Shown piece by piece: positions 13,560-26,813 of a stretch of 64,000 nt of DNA. This DNA is from Phoronis australis (taxonomy: Eukaryota; Animalia; Phoronida). The translations under genes were made by a program, and so were the position numbers. The number at the start of each line of letters is the position of its first letter. Position 1 is the stretch's first letter. Location: positions 200,213 through 264,212 of the forward strand of contig NMRA01000541.1 in NCBI GenBank assembly GCA_002633005.1, given 5' to 3'. The notes beneath the pieces were generated by a model. The model saw nothing but the letters and a program-made list of their open reading frames with translations. It had not been told where the DNA came from and searched no databases.

Positions 13560-15281
13560 CTTTTTATGCGCCCACATATTTATATGTGGACGCATTATGC
13601 CGTCATCTCCATCCGTCCGTCCGGTCGGCATCTGGCCGGCGTCCAGCGTCCGCTGCTCAATCTCCAAAACCCTTTGACTTGCGTTGATGAAATTTGGCAC
13701 ATACGTTTCATTTATGAATGGGACAGCATGAGCAAACTTTCGGACGGATCTGACTACCGGTGTACCCCCTAATGGCCTTTTTAGTTTTTACGCTTACCTT
13801 TCTATCTTCAAAAGTCCTGAACGGATTTTCATGAAATTCGGTATGTAGGCACCTATTAGTGAGATGACGCTATCCTTCCGTTTTCGGATAAATTCAACGT
13901 ATTTTGCACCACCTAGTGGCCATTTTTACTGTTTTTTTGCGTCCAGCCCTCTATCAACTAAACCGCTCGAAGGATGGTTGTGAAAATTGGCATGTATGTG
14001 CTTACTATAAAGAGAACGGTTGACGATGACTTTCCGATGATTTCTACTACTGTGTCGCCTCTTAGTGGCAGTTTTTTTTTGCGCCTGTGGCTGTATCTCC
14101 TAAACTGTTCGCTGGATATTTACGAAATTTAGTAAGTGTGTTTATATGATGTTAACAACAGACGACGACGACTTTTGGAAGGATTCGACTACAGGTGTGC
14201 CCTCTGGTGGCAGTTTTTTTACGTTTACCTTTGTATCTTCAAAAGTCCTCAACGGATTTTCTTGAAATTTAATATGTAGGCACCTATTAGTGAGGTGATG
14301 CTATCCCCCCGTTTTCGGATGGATTCGACGTAGTTTGCGCCACCTAGGGCCATTTTTACTGTTTTCAAGTCTGTTTTTTGCGTCCACCTCTCTATCAATC
14401 AAACCGCTTAAAGGATGATTGTGAAAATTGGCATGTATGTGCTACTATAAAGAGGACGGTTGACGATGATTTTCCGACGATATTGACTACTGTGGCCCCT
14501 CCTAGTGGCAGTTTTGTTTCTGTTGTGCCTATGGCTGTTTCTCCTAAACCATTCGCAGGATCTTTACTTAATTTAGCAAGTGTGTTTATATGATGTTGAC
14601 TACGAATGACGACGACTTTCGGACGGATCTGACTACTGCTGTGCCCCCTAGTGGCAATTTTAGTTTTTTTTACGTTGAACTTGGTATCTTCAAAGGTCCT
14701 CAACAGATTTTCATAAAATTTTAATATTATAGGCATCTATTGGTGTGATGACGCTATCTTCCTGTTTTTGGATGGAATCGAGGTATTTTGCACCACCTAG
14801 TGGCCATTTTTGCTGTTTTGAAATCTTGTTTTTGTCCACCCTTGTATCAAACAAATCATTTGAAAATTGGCATATATGTTCTCAGTGTGAAGACTACCTT
14901 TGATGATGGTGACTGACTACTGTTGCGCCTCCTAGTGGTAGTTTTCTTTTGCACCCATAGTTGTATCTCTTAAACCTACTGCAGGATCTTTACTAAATTA
15001 AGTAAGTGTATTTGTCTGAAGATAACAACAGACGACGACTTTCAGGTGGATCCAATGGACACCGTGCCTTCTGGTGGCAATTTCTTTTTATTCTGTTTTC
15101 CTTTGTTTCTCTGAAGTTTCTTGACAGATTTTTATGAAATATAGCATGTTCCTGTCTTTGGATGGATTGTATGTTTTTTGCTCCATCTAGGCCGTTTTTA
15201 TGATACAAATGAATAACCCTAAAAGCACACTATTTGCAATGCATTCGTGGGTGCATTTCAACGCTCTGCGTTGCTCTTCTT
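13560..15281 (+). mobile_element. Helentron/HINE-like element, copy 2
   Basis: Same termini (tttttatgcgcccaca ... gtgggtgcatttcaacgctctgcgttgctcttc) and the same internal repeat array as 7732-9411. Confidence 0.75.
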
Positions 15282-16646
15282 TGCTTTTGTCTATGTCGGT
15301 ATTATGAAAGAATTTTAATCAGAATTACATTTTTATTACTTCGTGTATGTCTTCACAGTGATTTGGAAACTGATGCTCTGACTATTAAGAAGTGTGTTAC
15401 GTTTGTAAAACGATTTCCTTTAAATAAAATATTTTGAAACTTAGAGCCTCATGCCTTTCTTTTGTGATTGCCAGTCGAATGTCACATCACTTTAGTTTTT
15501 TAAGTGGTAAATTTTAAATCCAACTTTGTCTACCCATTAATGGTTTAGCTGTTCATGCTGCACTTAATTTCGATATTAACCTGGATTATCTCCAGGTTAA
15601 GAGTTAGTGTTCTACTTCATGGTTTTGACTTATGAAAATTTAGAAATTTTGCCTACATGGTATCTTAAAAACAGCTTATCAGACCCAAATGAAACAGACA
15701 CTATGTGATCGACCTTGTTCTTCAGATTAAACAGGGTTGTTTTTGAATAAGCTACTGTCAATAATTGAGGTTTTAATTGATTATTTTGGTTAATTGAATA
15801 TTTGGTTTTCATCTTAAAAGCTGCATAAAATAAAAAAGGACATCTTGAAAATAATTTTGAGATATGTTCGTAAATATTTATGTGAAATGAAATTTGGCCA
15901 TGCTGATAATGCTTTATCTTTCCTGCAACATTGTTGCTTTGCTAAATTGTAGTAAAAGAAAACATGTTCATGTGAAAGCAGATTTGTGTTGAGTAGAAAA
16001 TTCTGCAATCTTTCTATTTTCAGAAAACATGTACCTTATCCGAGTACAACTGTGGAATTTTGCAGAAAATTTGACTAAAAGCACATGCTTCTTGGTGAGG
16101 TTGTTCACCAGAAATTATCGCAATAGCAGAATTGCTACGCCGCCATATTGGAAATGGGTCAGAATGTTAGATTGTGGTTAAGCCAGTAAACAAGTATGTC
16201 GGCAAGCGTGGGGGCGAACCTGTTGTGTGCCTGGCTGCTATAATACCAGTTAGCGAGATAAAGAATTTAGTTACTACGTACCTGTTTCCCAAGGATCAAT
16301 AACTGCATTAAACATTTGTCAGACACATCGGTAGAGCTGTTAGCAAAGGCCGACTTAGTGAATTCTTTCCGATTTCGTAGCATAAAGTATGCAGCGCTCA
16401 TTTTGAGGGCGGCAAGAAAACGTATCTTGGAAACTGCCCAACAATATTTCCCTTGAAAGAAACAGTAACAAATACTCCACGGCCGATGGTAGTGAAAAAA
16501 AAAATGTTTTCGCTTGACCAGAACCAAGCCAACGTGAGCAATTTTGAGGATATTGCCTCTGCACAATCACCTGTTCTGGGTCGACTCACTTAACGTACGC
16601 ACACTATATGCATTAACGCGCTAAGATAAAGCGTGCAGAATATTAC

Positions 16647-18907
16647 CAAGGAGTGTAGTAGTATAGGAGAGTTCACTTGTGAGTTCGGTGTTACCGCTAC
16701 TACTAGCGCCGCCAAGTGCTGACTAAGCTAAGGTCAACCAGGAAGCACTAAAACAATGGGGAAGCACGCATTTTGTAATGCGATAAATTGTATGAATTTA
16801 TCCACGAAAACCCCAGACGTGTCATTTTAATGTGCCAGTTGGACCAATTAAGTTAAGCAGTGCGTCATTGAAAACTTAATTCTATGTGTCAATCATGCGG
16901 GGGCGCGGCCCTGTTAAAATATCCGTGGATCGACATTTGAGTCCGAGTTTTCACTCAGTTGACACCAAAACACTTTTGTCTATCACAATCACAGTACGAC
17001 AGGAATTCTGTAGTGTAGTGTACTTTAGTGTAGGCTACCAGTCTTCTGTGGACCTAGTGAGTATGAGGTTTGTTCCTGAGTCTCTCAGTCATTGATTTCT
17101 GTTCAGGTGCAAGCGCTGGGAGCTGACCTTATGAATAGAGATGCAGCCTATTTGTCCAAGAACTGCAAGTTATGCTCTCATCACTTTGAGGAGCACATGT
17201 TCATGAATGAAGAACAAGCTGGTATTGACTGCAATACCCGAACAATATTTGATGTCCCGAATCCACAAAAAATGAAGATGTCAGGGTCAAAAAGTTCTCG
17301 GGAAATTATATTAAGCTCTGGAATAGGCTTTTTTGCATTTCTGATTATCGTGTCACAAAGCAAGTACTGGAACATCATGTTTAGAAAGGACAATTAGTCA
17401 AAATTTGGTTTTCCTATTTTACTAAGGTTGATCAGATTGAAACATTTTATGAATGGTTAGCCTGTGATTTGGAGAGAGCCAAAGTGAAACTGATGGATCA
17501 TTCAGAGTCTGAATGGTGGGCTGAAATTTTGTTAACCCAAGCTATCCGTATCATGTTGCTTCTCGATGACAAACACCTCTGTGAGTAAATTAGTTTTCAG
17601 CTTTATTTATAACGCATTTATTTGGCGAAAAGTGCTGTTATATACTAGTGAATTAATAGAGAGTGACAAGGTTGGTCAGATTTTCTTGTTGTATTGGTTT
17701 GTGTATGTGTTGCTTATTTTGTACGTTTTTAGAGATTGTGATTAATTTAAGCCCCGGTTGTGGCTTAAGGTATCAGATATGATCTTGTGGTCTGGCTTTA
17801 ACTTACCTGAAATATTTACTGTTATTGATAATAGGAACAGTGGGTATATAAAATAAAATTTTGGTTTTGTCATCCAAGTCTTTTTAATTCATTCAGTTTT
17901 GTATGAAGCTATGTGGGTAATGAATATTTTGATTGCTGTTCAGTACCTCTTAATTTTTTGTCATGACATTTTGAACTTTGACTAGTTATGAAAGATGATA
18001 TACTCAATGCTACTTCATTTTGTAAGTTGTGAGCTATTCTACAGATTAGCAAGTGACTTGTAACTGTTGGTGAGTGGGAGAGTGGGATTGAGCCCTATAC
18101 TGGCATGTCTAAGAAATAATGAAATGTTCTAAAATTGTATTACGATTTTGTGGTAATGATGAATTGCCTTGCTTTCTTCTTCTCACTCACCCATTTCACA
18201 AAACAATTGTCTGCATTGCTAGTAGCCTGGTGCATTGAATAGGAACACGGGTGGAGATGAAACCAGCAGTGAGCTGGGAGCAACATGTTTGTCAATGGTC
18301 AGGGGAGCAACCAAAATGTGTGACCATGGGAGGGGCTCAACACCCATGTGGCATACATACCCATTGGTTTTTACCTGTTTAGCAATCCTCCCATGTAACC
18401 CCCCTGGGAGGGGGTCAACACCCATTTGGCGCCAACCTGGTTTTTGCCTGGTACCCCCTTAGCTGGCACCTGGGGGGAATTCCCCTCTGAACCCCCAGGA
18501 GCAATCACTCAAATTATGTAGTCCATGGAGGTATGAACTGTTATAAGGAACGATAACTGTCGTGTTAAGAAATCAAACATGAAACAAAACCATGATGGAT
18601 TTTGAAGGGAGCTTCAAGAGAATAATAACAAATACACTTTAATATTGATTAAAATACACATTTTCTTTCTCATGCTATCGTAAGTGGATGTTAGTTTATG
18701 TATTCTAACCATTTTCAATCACACAATAATTTGATTGCACGTTGAATGTCATTAAAGTATGAATTTATCAGTGTTTACATTGTTCGGACTGCGCTCCTAA
18801 CTAAGTGTTGATTATTCACCGCTTGGGTCGCTAGTGCTTTGACCGGTAACCATTGCGGCGAATGGTAAAATGGCGGAGTGAACTCTCCTGTACTAGTACA
18901 CTCCTTG
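16647..18907 (+). mobile_element. P-element-superfamily non-autonomous transposon with a THAP relic
   Basis: ~31-bp TIRs caaggagtgta(g/c)tagta(t/c)aggagagttcact and a 7-bp TSD ATATTAC (16640-46, 18908-14). Internal THAP remnants MGKHAFCNAINC...VSF (~16757) and CKLCSHHFEEHMF (~17163). Confidence 0.85.
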
Positions 18908-20267
18908 ATATTACTTTCTACAAAATTGTGGTGCATTGCTATCAAAATTCGTTGTTAAATTATGATCATTTTTCTGAAAATTGTGCTGAAATCCCAGGGT
19001 GAAATCTCGTCAACAAATGCGTAGCTGCCCGCAATACGAGAAAAATCTCTGGAGGAACACACATGTTGTTGTCACGTTTGTTTTGAAGTTTGTATGTGCG
19101 TGTGTGAGAGTAAGCGTGCGTGTGCTTGACATCAGAGTTCATTTGCCAGAGTAAATGCGATGTAATGATCTAGGTGTGCCTTGTATACAAAGAAATTAAG
19201 TCAAGCAGAGCGTGTTTTAAAATTTAGCTTAGCACTTGCTGGCCTCATCTGCTAAAAAACGTTCGAGAATTGTTTCGGTAAGACCGATATGTCACTCATT
19301 GAGTCGTCGGGTGGGATGCGTGACCGTAGTGTAACAGCTATTTTCCTGAAGATTCGGGGTGTAAGGGTGCGAATGTATTCACTATCAGTGGGTCATTTTG
19401 ACCTTAAAAACACCAATTATGATTAGTTAAATAATTTCTCTTAAAAATAATGCATAAGTTTTTTATGGTACTAGAAACTTTCGGAAATTAGTGCCAATAT
19501 TTATTTCTTGCCGATGCTATGTTACCCGTTTCATGAATAGATTATAGTTCCCGACTAATTGTCTTCGATGACAGTCGATACATTATGCAGCGGCATGGGC
19601 ACTTGTTAGGGTGAATAGCGGCAGAATTACATACAGCAGCGTAGTTTAATGCCTATAAATCACACATTGTGCAAACCAATCGGCTATTCCACATACCCTA
19701 ATCAATCCCAATAGCCTTTGCGCACCCTAATTTCCGGACATGCGCAATCGTTAAAATCGATTCGGTTGCAACTCCACTATTCTCTACCCTTTATAGTATG
19801 CAAGTTAATTGCTTCACCATAATAGCAACAGTTGTGAAAAAAACAGTTGTGAATGACCTCTTGACCTGAGAAAGTATAGTTCCCTGAAACTCAGTTATCT
19901 TCTGCTGAGCTGGACAATAGGTCACACTTTGTGCATTACATTCAGAATAATAGAGGGGCAATAAACTTGGGGCAATAAAGTGTGCACTAAAGTGGCTGAA
20001 TTTCACCAAGGTTTGCCACGATATGTGGTCAGATATAACGTGCCCACATTTTGAGAACCTCCACTAAATAATGGGCATCAAATTAGTTCTCAAAATACCG
20101 GCATGCTATATCCGACCAATGCCCAAAATAGTTTCCTATGTTTGAGAAATGTGATTGCTCACCAAAATTGTTTGTATCACAATTTTTATAACCAAGAAGA
20201 TGCAATTTCGGCTTAAAATTTGGTATCCCAAACCTTAGAGATTGTCACCAATTGGAGAATTTTTATC

Positions 20268-20810
20268 GTATGTTGAAGAATACATAATAACATATTGTAC
20301 GTTGATGAAGAATACATAATAACATATTGTACGTTGATGAAGAATACATAAGAACATACTGTACGTTGATGAACAATACATAATAACATGTTGTATGTCG
20401 ATGAATACATAACATATAAAACATGAAAATCGACACCAAAACAAGGGGGGGGAGCAATCTGTGTAAGCCTCAGTGGGGCGTATAAGATAAATAGGTTATA
20501 CAATGTACGTGTTTGTACCAGAGTGTTATATCTCGATTCGTGATATGCAAAAGTATTTGAACTTGGGCTTTGCCCTCGTTCAAACACTTTTACATATCAC
20601 AAATCTCGATATTATAACCATTGGTACAAACACATGCATTGTTTAACCTATATGTACGTTGATGAAGAATACATAATGACATATTGTACAATGGTGAAGA
20701 ATACATAATAAAATATTGTACGTTGATGAATACCTAACATATTGCATATTGATGATGAATACATAATAACATATTGTACATTGAATGAAGAATGCATAGT
20801 AACATATCTA
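20268..20810. repeat. ~32-bp minisatellite (tacataataacatattgtacgttgatgaagaa) interrupted by a hairpin MITE
   Basis: Tandem units at 20268-20420 and 20652-20810. Confidence 0.85.
20491..20651. mobile_element. ~160-bp foldback MITE
   Basis: Arms ataggttatacaatgtacgtgtttgtacca...tggtacaaacacatgcattgtttaacctat fold back around a central gggctttgccc. Confidence 0.7.
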
Positions 20811-21054
20811 AGCTAAAGGAGTGTAAATTGTAAGCACAAGGAGTCTAAATTGTAGGCTGTGTTACACAGAGCTGGTTTCATAAAGAACTGCTTTTACTGA
20901 CTTTGCATGTTGATTTCAAAAGATCTATTGTGTGTGGCACTGGTGATTTACAACTGTTCACAAAACTAAGCCACCATGCGTCCTAGTTACCCCCTCCAAG
21001 CCTAAAATCTGATTGAATATGGGGTTTTTGGCATCAAGTCCAATTTAATCTTAA

Positions 21055-22666
21055 AGGAGAATGCCACCCGATTTAATTAGTCTTTTTTACCATCTGAATT
21101 GGTCTATATCCACATCGCCTCACATACGGTCGACCTTACCTTGCCAAGAGGTGTCTTGCTAACCTGTGAGGAAGGTGAGAAACGACGCAGCGATGTCAGT
21201 GGTTCATTTGCAGAGTGAATGCGGCTATGTTGCGGTGCATCGTTCCCGCTTGTTCAAACCGTATGCAGCTGCGAGGAAAGTGGGTATATCATTTTTTCAA
21301 CTTCCTCGAGAGTCCGAAATGCTTAGGAAGTGGCTCGCGGTAGTGAAGAATGAAAAGTATGCTGTAAATAGCAAGTATGAGGCCGTGAAACATCTCCGTG
21401 TCTGGGGCCTGCAGTCGTCGACAGTGAGTCTGAAGAATGCCGGCTTACCAAATATATGTTCCGTTGCCTGAGCTTGTTCACGGCACCTCTCGGTTCGAAC
21501 TGATAGCCTGTGACACTTAACTATCCACCTGCGAAGTCTTCGTCGGATGAGCTCTCGTCTAAGTTGGGATTGTGAGTTGCCATGTTGATGTTTATTACAG
21601 AGCATTCTGATTCAAATTGAATTATTCTCATCCTAACCAATACATATATAAAACTGAAACAAAGTCTGTCTCATTAGATGCAATTTGTAATACCTTTGGC
21701 GTGTTCGCGAGTGCAAATGATTTGAGAAGCCTGCAATGAATAAATGACTGAGTTACGCGGCTTTAGGTGCAATAAAACTAATTGACCGGACATCGAGGCC
21801 GTGTGAGCGCATACCAATTCAGTGTTTGCTAACAGAAACTGTTGTGAAACAATAACTCTATTTTCTATCCCACTGCCAGGCGTTAGGAGAATCTTTATTT
21901 ACCTATACATTATTAAAATAATGATTGTCAATGTACAACTTCTGCGCTGACGGTTCTGTGGCCAAAGGGGAACCTGAATTCGCGGCCCTGACTAGTAAGT
22001 AGATTTGCAGTTTCATGGCTAATTCACCAACATAATCACGTGCACATTATACTTCTTTGGCTCACTAGTATAGTATTTTCTTGACTGGAAGTTTAGTTCT
22101 CAACTTTAGCTGGTTTATGTTTGTTAGTCAGTCTGGCCGCGACGGGCCTGATCGGGTTCCGAGCCACTGGCTGGGATAACATGCGTTTTGTGTGTTCAGA
22201 ACTTACAAAATCACAAGTCTAAACAACACAGATCTAGGTTCGCCTGTCTGTATTTCACGGAAGAATGAATTTATCTCCAAACAGACCCCAAACTCCTGCT
22301 ACGGACCTTGGTAAATTGGCCTGCTGAACTTTTTAGGCTGTGATGTGTCCAAATAGTAAAGCCGTAACAGCGAAATAAAACAACACGTTCTTATAAGAAC
22401 TCGGTGTATTTTTAAGGGTTTTACATGGAAGTTTGATGATCGTTGGTGTTAAACGATGAATTCAAGCGATAAGCTGACTCCAGTAACCGGTGTTGTGAAC
22501 TGCTGAACACTGAGATTGTGTGTGAACCCAATGACGTCATTGGATAATTTCAACACCTCCGTCCGCCGTCAGGTGTCGGGTAATGCAACCAAACATGGCG
22601 TTATCAAGTAGAACTACTCGATCTAAATTGATACGAAATAGGTTGTTATTTGGGTGGCATGCTCCT
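21055..22666 (+). mobile_element. Complete Kolobok-like non-autonomous element (1.6 kb) with a THAP relic
   Basis: TTAA TSD (21051-54 and 22667-70), with TIRs aggagaatgccaccc / gggtggcatgctcct. THAP-like GISFFQLPRESEMLRKWLAVVK...LRVW in ORF 21166-21471. Confidence 0.85.
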
Positions 22667-22831
22667 TTAACTTCAGTTGTAATACATGCAGTAGTTGAAT
22701 TTCAAGTGACGTTACCACTTGGTCACAAAATGCAATTGTCACCACCAGAAATGGTGAACCTACTTTCTGTTGAAAATCTGAAAATCGAAAAACAGATAAT
22801 TGTGTATTGAATTTTATCCCTTTATTTCCAG

Positions 22832-23911
22832 GAGTTGGTTTTGGTTTATCGTATGCACCAAGTATTGTGATTCTGGGACGGTACTTCAATAAACGACGTG
22901 CACTTGCTAATGGACTAGCAGGTTCTGGTGGTGGATTGGGAGGTTTTGTTGTCCCGTTCGTAGTGCGTCTGTCCATAAATGAATACGGCCTGCAGGGGGC
23001 ACTCTTTGTAATGACTGGCATCATTTTGAATCTGGTGGTGGTCGCTGCTCTGTATCGCTCCCTGGACTTTTATGATAAGACTGAAGAGAAAGCAAGTGTG
23101 GAAATGAGAGGCCACTCTGCTCTTAACACTGGTACTGGTGAGGTCAGTTCAGGGCTAACTGTTGACACCAGTAAGGTGTACCGTACAGCTAGTTGCAGTG
23201 AAATGCCACGTGTGAGGGAAGATCTACAATATAATATTGACCGACATCAAGTGTCTCTGAGTTTCACAAATGTCTACACTGGTATTTCTGATAGGCAGGA
23301 ATATCGCAGTCAATTGCCTGTCTTGCTTACAGCATCCATGCAATTGAATGAAACGGGCCAGCAGTTGAATGGTCAAAAGGGTATTTCAGATGGTAACTCT
23401 TTGAGTCAGAACACAGGGTGTTATTGTAATACATGTTGTAAGCTAATGTTTGACTGGAGCTTGTTGAGGGATCCTGTATTACTTATTCTACTCACCGCAG
23501 CATCACTAGGAATGGGCGGCTATCCTACTATTTTGTTGATGTACCCACCACACATGGATGACTTAAACTTCTCCAAACAAGATGTTGTCATTGTTTTAAG
23601 CGTTTCCAATGTGTTGGATTTTGTTGGGCGTATATCTATCGGTTGGGTAACAGATCAAGTGCCTGTCAAGCGTTATGTATATGCTACATGCCTGTTAGCT
23701 TGTAGTTTGGCTACTTTGATAGTTCTCTTCTCTGCCTCGTATGCAGCCATGATGGTCAGCTTCTGTCTCTATGGATTCTTTGGTGGTGCATACATGAGCC
23801 TCTTCGCCGTGATTCTTGCTGATGAGATGGGCATGCAAGCTTTGTCTGTTACGCTGGGCTTGTCTGTGTTTTGTCAGGCACTTTTGCAACTTATTGTCAA
23901 CCCTATAATAG
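22832..23911 (+). CDS. SLC16 / monocarboxylate transporter family gene, large exon (TM4-TM11 and central loop)
   Basis: tttccag| acceptor and G|gtagga donor, 1080 bp, phase-compatible with the flanking exons. Contains the SLC16 motif GFGLSYAPSIVILGRYFNKRRALANGLAGSG, FDWSLLRDP, and TM8 DFVGR. Confidence 0.95.
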
Positions 23912-25116
23912 GTAGGAATATTTATACCCTCCTTGGTTGTGAGGTGTAGACTGTGCTAGGCTTAATTCTCTCAGAAGTGCTTTCAAGCACCTCCTCGTTA
24001 CTCCATCTAGTGTTAGGGCTCAAAAATAGCTTATTCCAGATCTATTTGACTCACAGTCATAGTGCTGCCACCCTTGGCTATGGGTGCAGTTACGGGTACT
24101 TCAATGGCTCTTGCGCTATTTAGACTCAGAAATGTGCACCTTTGTAAGACTATTTTTAGATGTTTTAGAAGTTATCTCTTTAATTATTGTAATTTCGTAT
24201 GACGCTTTTGTGGGTCCATCAATACTTTGAAACTTGATAGGCTACAATGTCAAGCACTGAAGTTTATGTTCTATGATTGGCTTGAACTGAGTATTCTTCT
24301 GGTCTACAAAGCTGTGCACTATTTGTCTCCCCTCCCCCCAATCAATATATTTGTCTCATAATCTTCATGACAAAAATCAATGCGTCAACCAGTCTCAACT
24401 TGTTCTCTGTGCTTGGAAGCCATGCAGGCTTTGCAACCATGAATTACCCAACAATGTAAAATTACTATGAACAGCTTTACTCTTATTACCATGACATAAG
24501 CAGGAAATCCCATGGAGCTTCAAAAGTGGTGCCTCATTCATTAATACTGGGGGGCCCACCTGAAGGCGGCCAAAAAGCTGGGGGCCTTATATTAATATAG
24601 GGGCCCACTTTGGGGCTGGAATTTTTTTGCTTATGTCATTTCAATAAGAATATCATTTTGACATATTCTTATGGAAATGACATAGGCAAGAAATCCATTT
24701 TCGAGCTCCAACTTGGGTCCTTCTATATTAATGGGGGAAGCACCACTTGAAGGCAGCCAAGAAGGGGTCCTATATTCATAAAGAGGGCCACACCTGAAGA
24801 TTGCCAACAGCAGGGCTTCTTACATTAATATGGTGCCCTCCTCTTGGTGGTCTTTGGGCAGGGCTCTGATATTAATATAGGGGACCCAGTTCTGAGGCTC
24901 GAAAATGAATTTTTGCTTGACTTAATGTGTCATTTTAATAAAAAATTTTCATTTAAAGTAATAAACTGTCTATGCGTGCTTGTGTCAAAAATGCGTATTG
25001 AAAATGGACTCAAGTTTAAAGGTTCTTTAAATCTCAACACGTTGCCCAGAATTTTGGAAAAGTGTTTTGTTTTAGTTGAGGTATATTATTAACTTGGACT
25101 TTTTGACATATTTCAG

Positions 25117-25319
25117 GTGTTATACGAGATGATACTGGTTCTTGGCTCGGAAGCTTTGTACTTAGTGGAGTGCTTTGTTTTGTGGCTGGACTTCTTATTC
25201 TGTTCATACCTTGTGTCAGGAGGTGTAGAAGTGACCTCCCGAGTAAGGGTGTGGTCAAGACACCAGTCATACAAGTGAATGATTCAAATGTTGATGAAGG
25301 AGATCAAATACAAGACTAG
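25117..25319 (+). CDS. SLC16 / monocarboxylate transporter family gene, last coding exon (TM12 and C-tail)
   Basis: tttcag|GT acceptor. Translates GVIRDDTGSWLGSFVLSGVLCFVAGLLILFIPCV...QIQD* (TAG at 25317-25319), matching the G-x-L-x-D-x-T-G-S-Y end of MCTs. Absent from the ORF track because it has no start codon. Confidence 0.92.
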
Positions 25320-26813
25320 AGATGGCGCTGAAGTTGTGCAGCAAGTTGTGAAGATTGTCAACCCATGAAGTAATCAACTCGACTATGTTTACTACCCTAA
25401 TTTAAATTTTGTTTGACTTGTTCAAGTCACATAATGTTGAGGGTAATTAATTAGCAGAGTTACTTCAGCTAGTTCCATAACTTACATCAAGTGCTCTCCA
25501 CCGCAGAAAATCCATCATCGTTGGTAATAACAAAATTCATGTATGTGTTCAAAAATGCATTGTCGTTACGAGGAGATTGTATGTATAGACTTGGACTCGG
25601 TGCTCTGAACTGGTGCTAAAATTAAAAGTTTCCTAATTTGCTTTGAATCTGACTAATCTCCCAAAAGCTCAAACCCTTTAATCACTGCGCCACCTTTAGG
25701 AAAGTGGTCTTGTGAAATGATGACGAACAACACATTTAATTCAGTGTCTGGGCAACAGTGCTCTTGTAAGAATGATCTACAGAAAAGCCATAGTGAACGG
25801 TTTGCCCTGTAATTTTGCATGTGTCAAGAAATACGCAACAGTTGCAAGCCACAAAGATATTTTTCAACAGATGGAGCGGTATACTGATACATTACTCAAC
25901 AGCAACCAACCGCAATGTTATTTTCCAACCAATTACAACAGTTATTTCATTCTGTCACTCATTGAGAAGTCGCATTATCTTTTCACGGTGTTATAGTTCA
26001 TAGCATGTGTAAACTTGTTGCATGAGCTTTTTAAAGTTGACAACTTGTTGAGTCAAAATTCTAATTTGTGGGATGAGCCAAACCAGGTGGTGGAGAAGTT
26101 TCAGTGCAACACTAAAGCACAACAATCTGTTATAAGTTGTGGAAATCAGTGACTTGTATCCTTGATAGTGAATCAGCTGAGGTCAGTTTAATAGGATTCT
26201 TTATTACCAAGGATCAAATTCCTGAAATAACTTTTCAGGTGTTAGTAGTTGACTACTAAAATAATTTTTAAAAATTTTAATTTTTTGACAATCGCAGAAT
26301 CTTTTCATGCTCAAAAATAATTTCCAGCTGTTCTTTAACATTTGTTTTTTCTAAAAAAAAATGATTTGTCACAGAGATGGCTGCAATTTCAACAAACATG
26401 TATTTTTGTCTAAAACTTGCAAATTCTGTTTCTGTGACTTTCTTTTATTAAGGCCTTTTACCCCAAAAACATCAGAAATGGAGACATTGACATTCCCTGA
26501 AAGAAACGGAAGTCTTCATTTTTTACGGCCAAACTCTGGCTAAAATATCTTGAAAGAAAACGCAAGACACTTTTGTAACTATTTTATAAGAATAAAAGAA
26601 GCAAGTGTCATGCAAAAATATGTATGGAAATTCATCAGTATCCTTGAAAATTCTTGTATTTAGTAAAAATGCAAACATGTGAATATGAATATCTGGGCAT
26701 TGCTGTTGTGCTCATAATAAAATTTTGTGGTCATCAACATAAAGTAATTGTTTTCCGATATATTGGAAATAAAGAGTTGCAAAGATTATCTTTACACAAA
26801 TAATTCCTTGCCA

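Noticed and set aside
22807-22831. ORF-track start (MNFIPLFP) and C-terminal extension of the 380-aa ORF
   Set aside because: These are intronic read-through. The true exon is bounded by the acceptor before 22832 and the donor after 23911.
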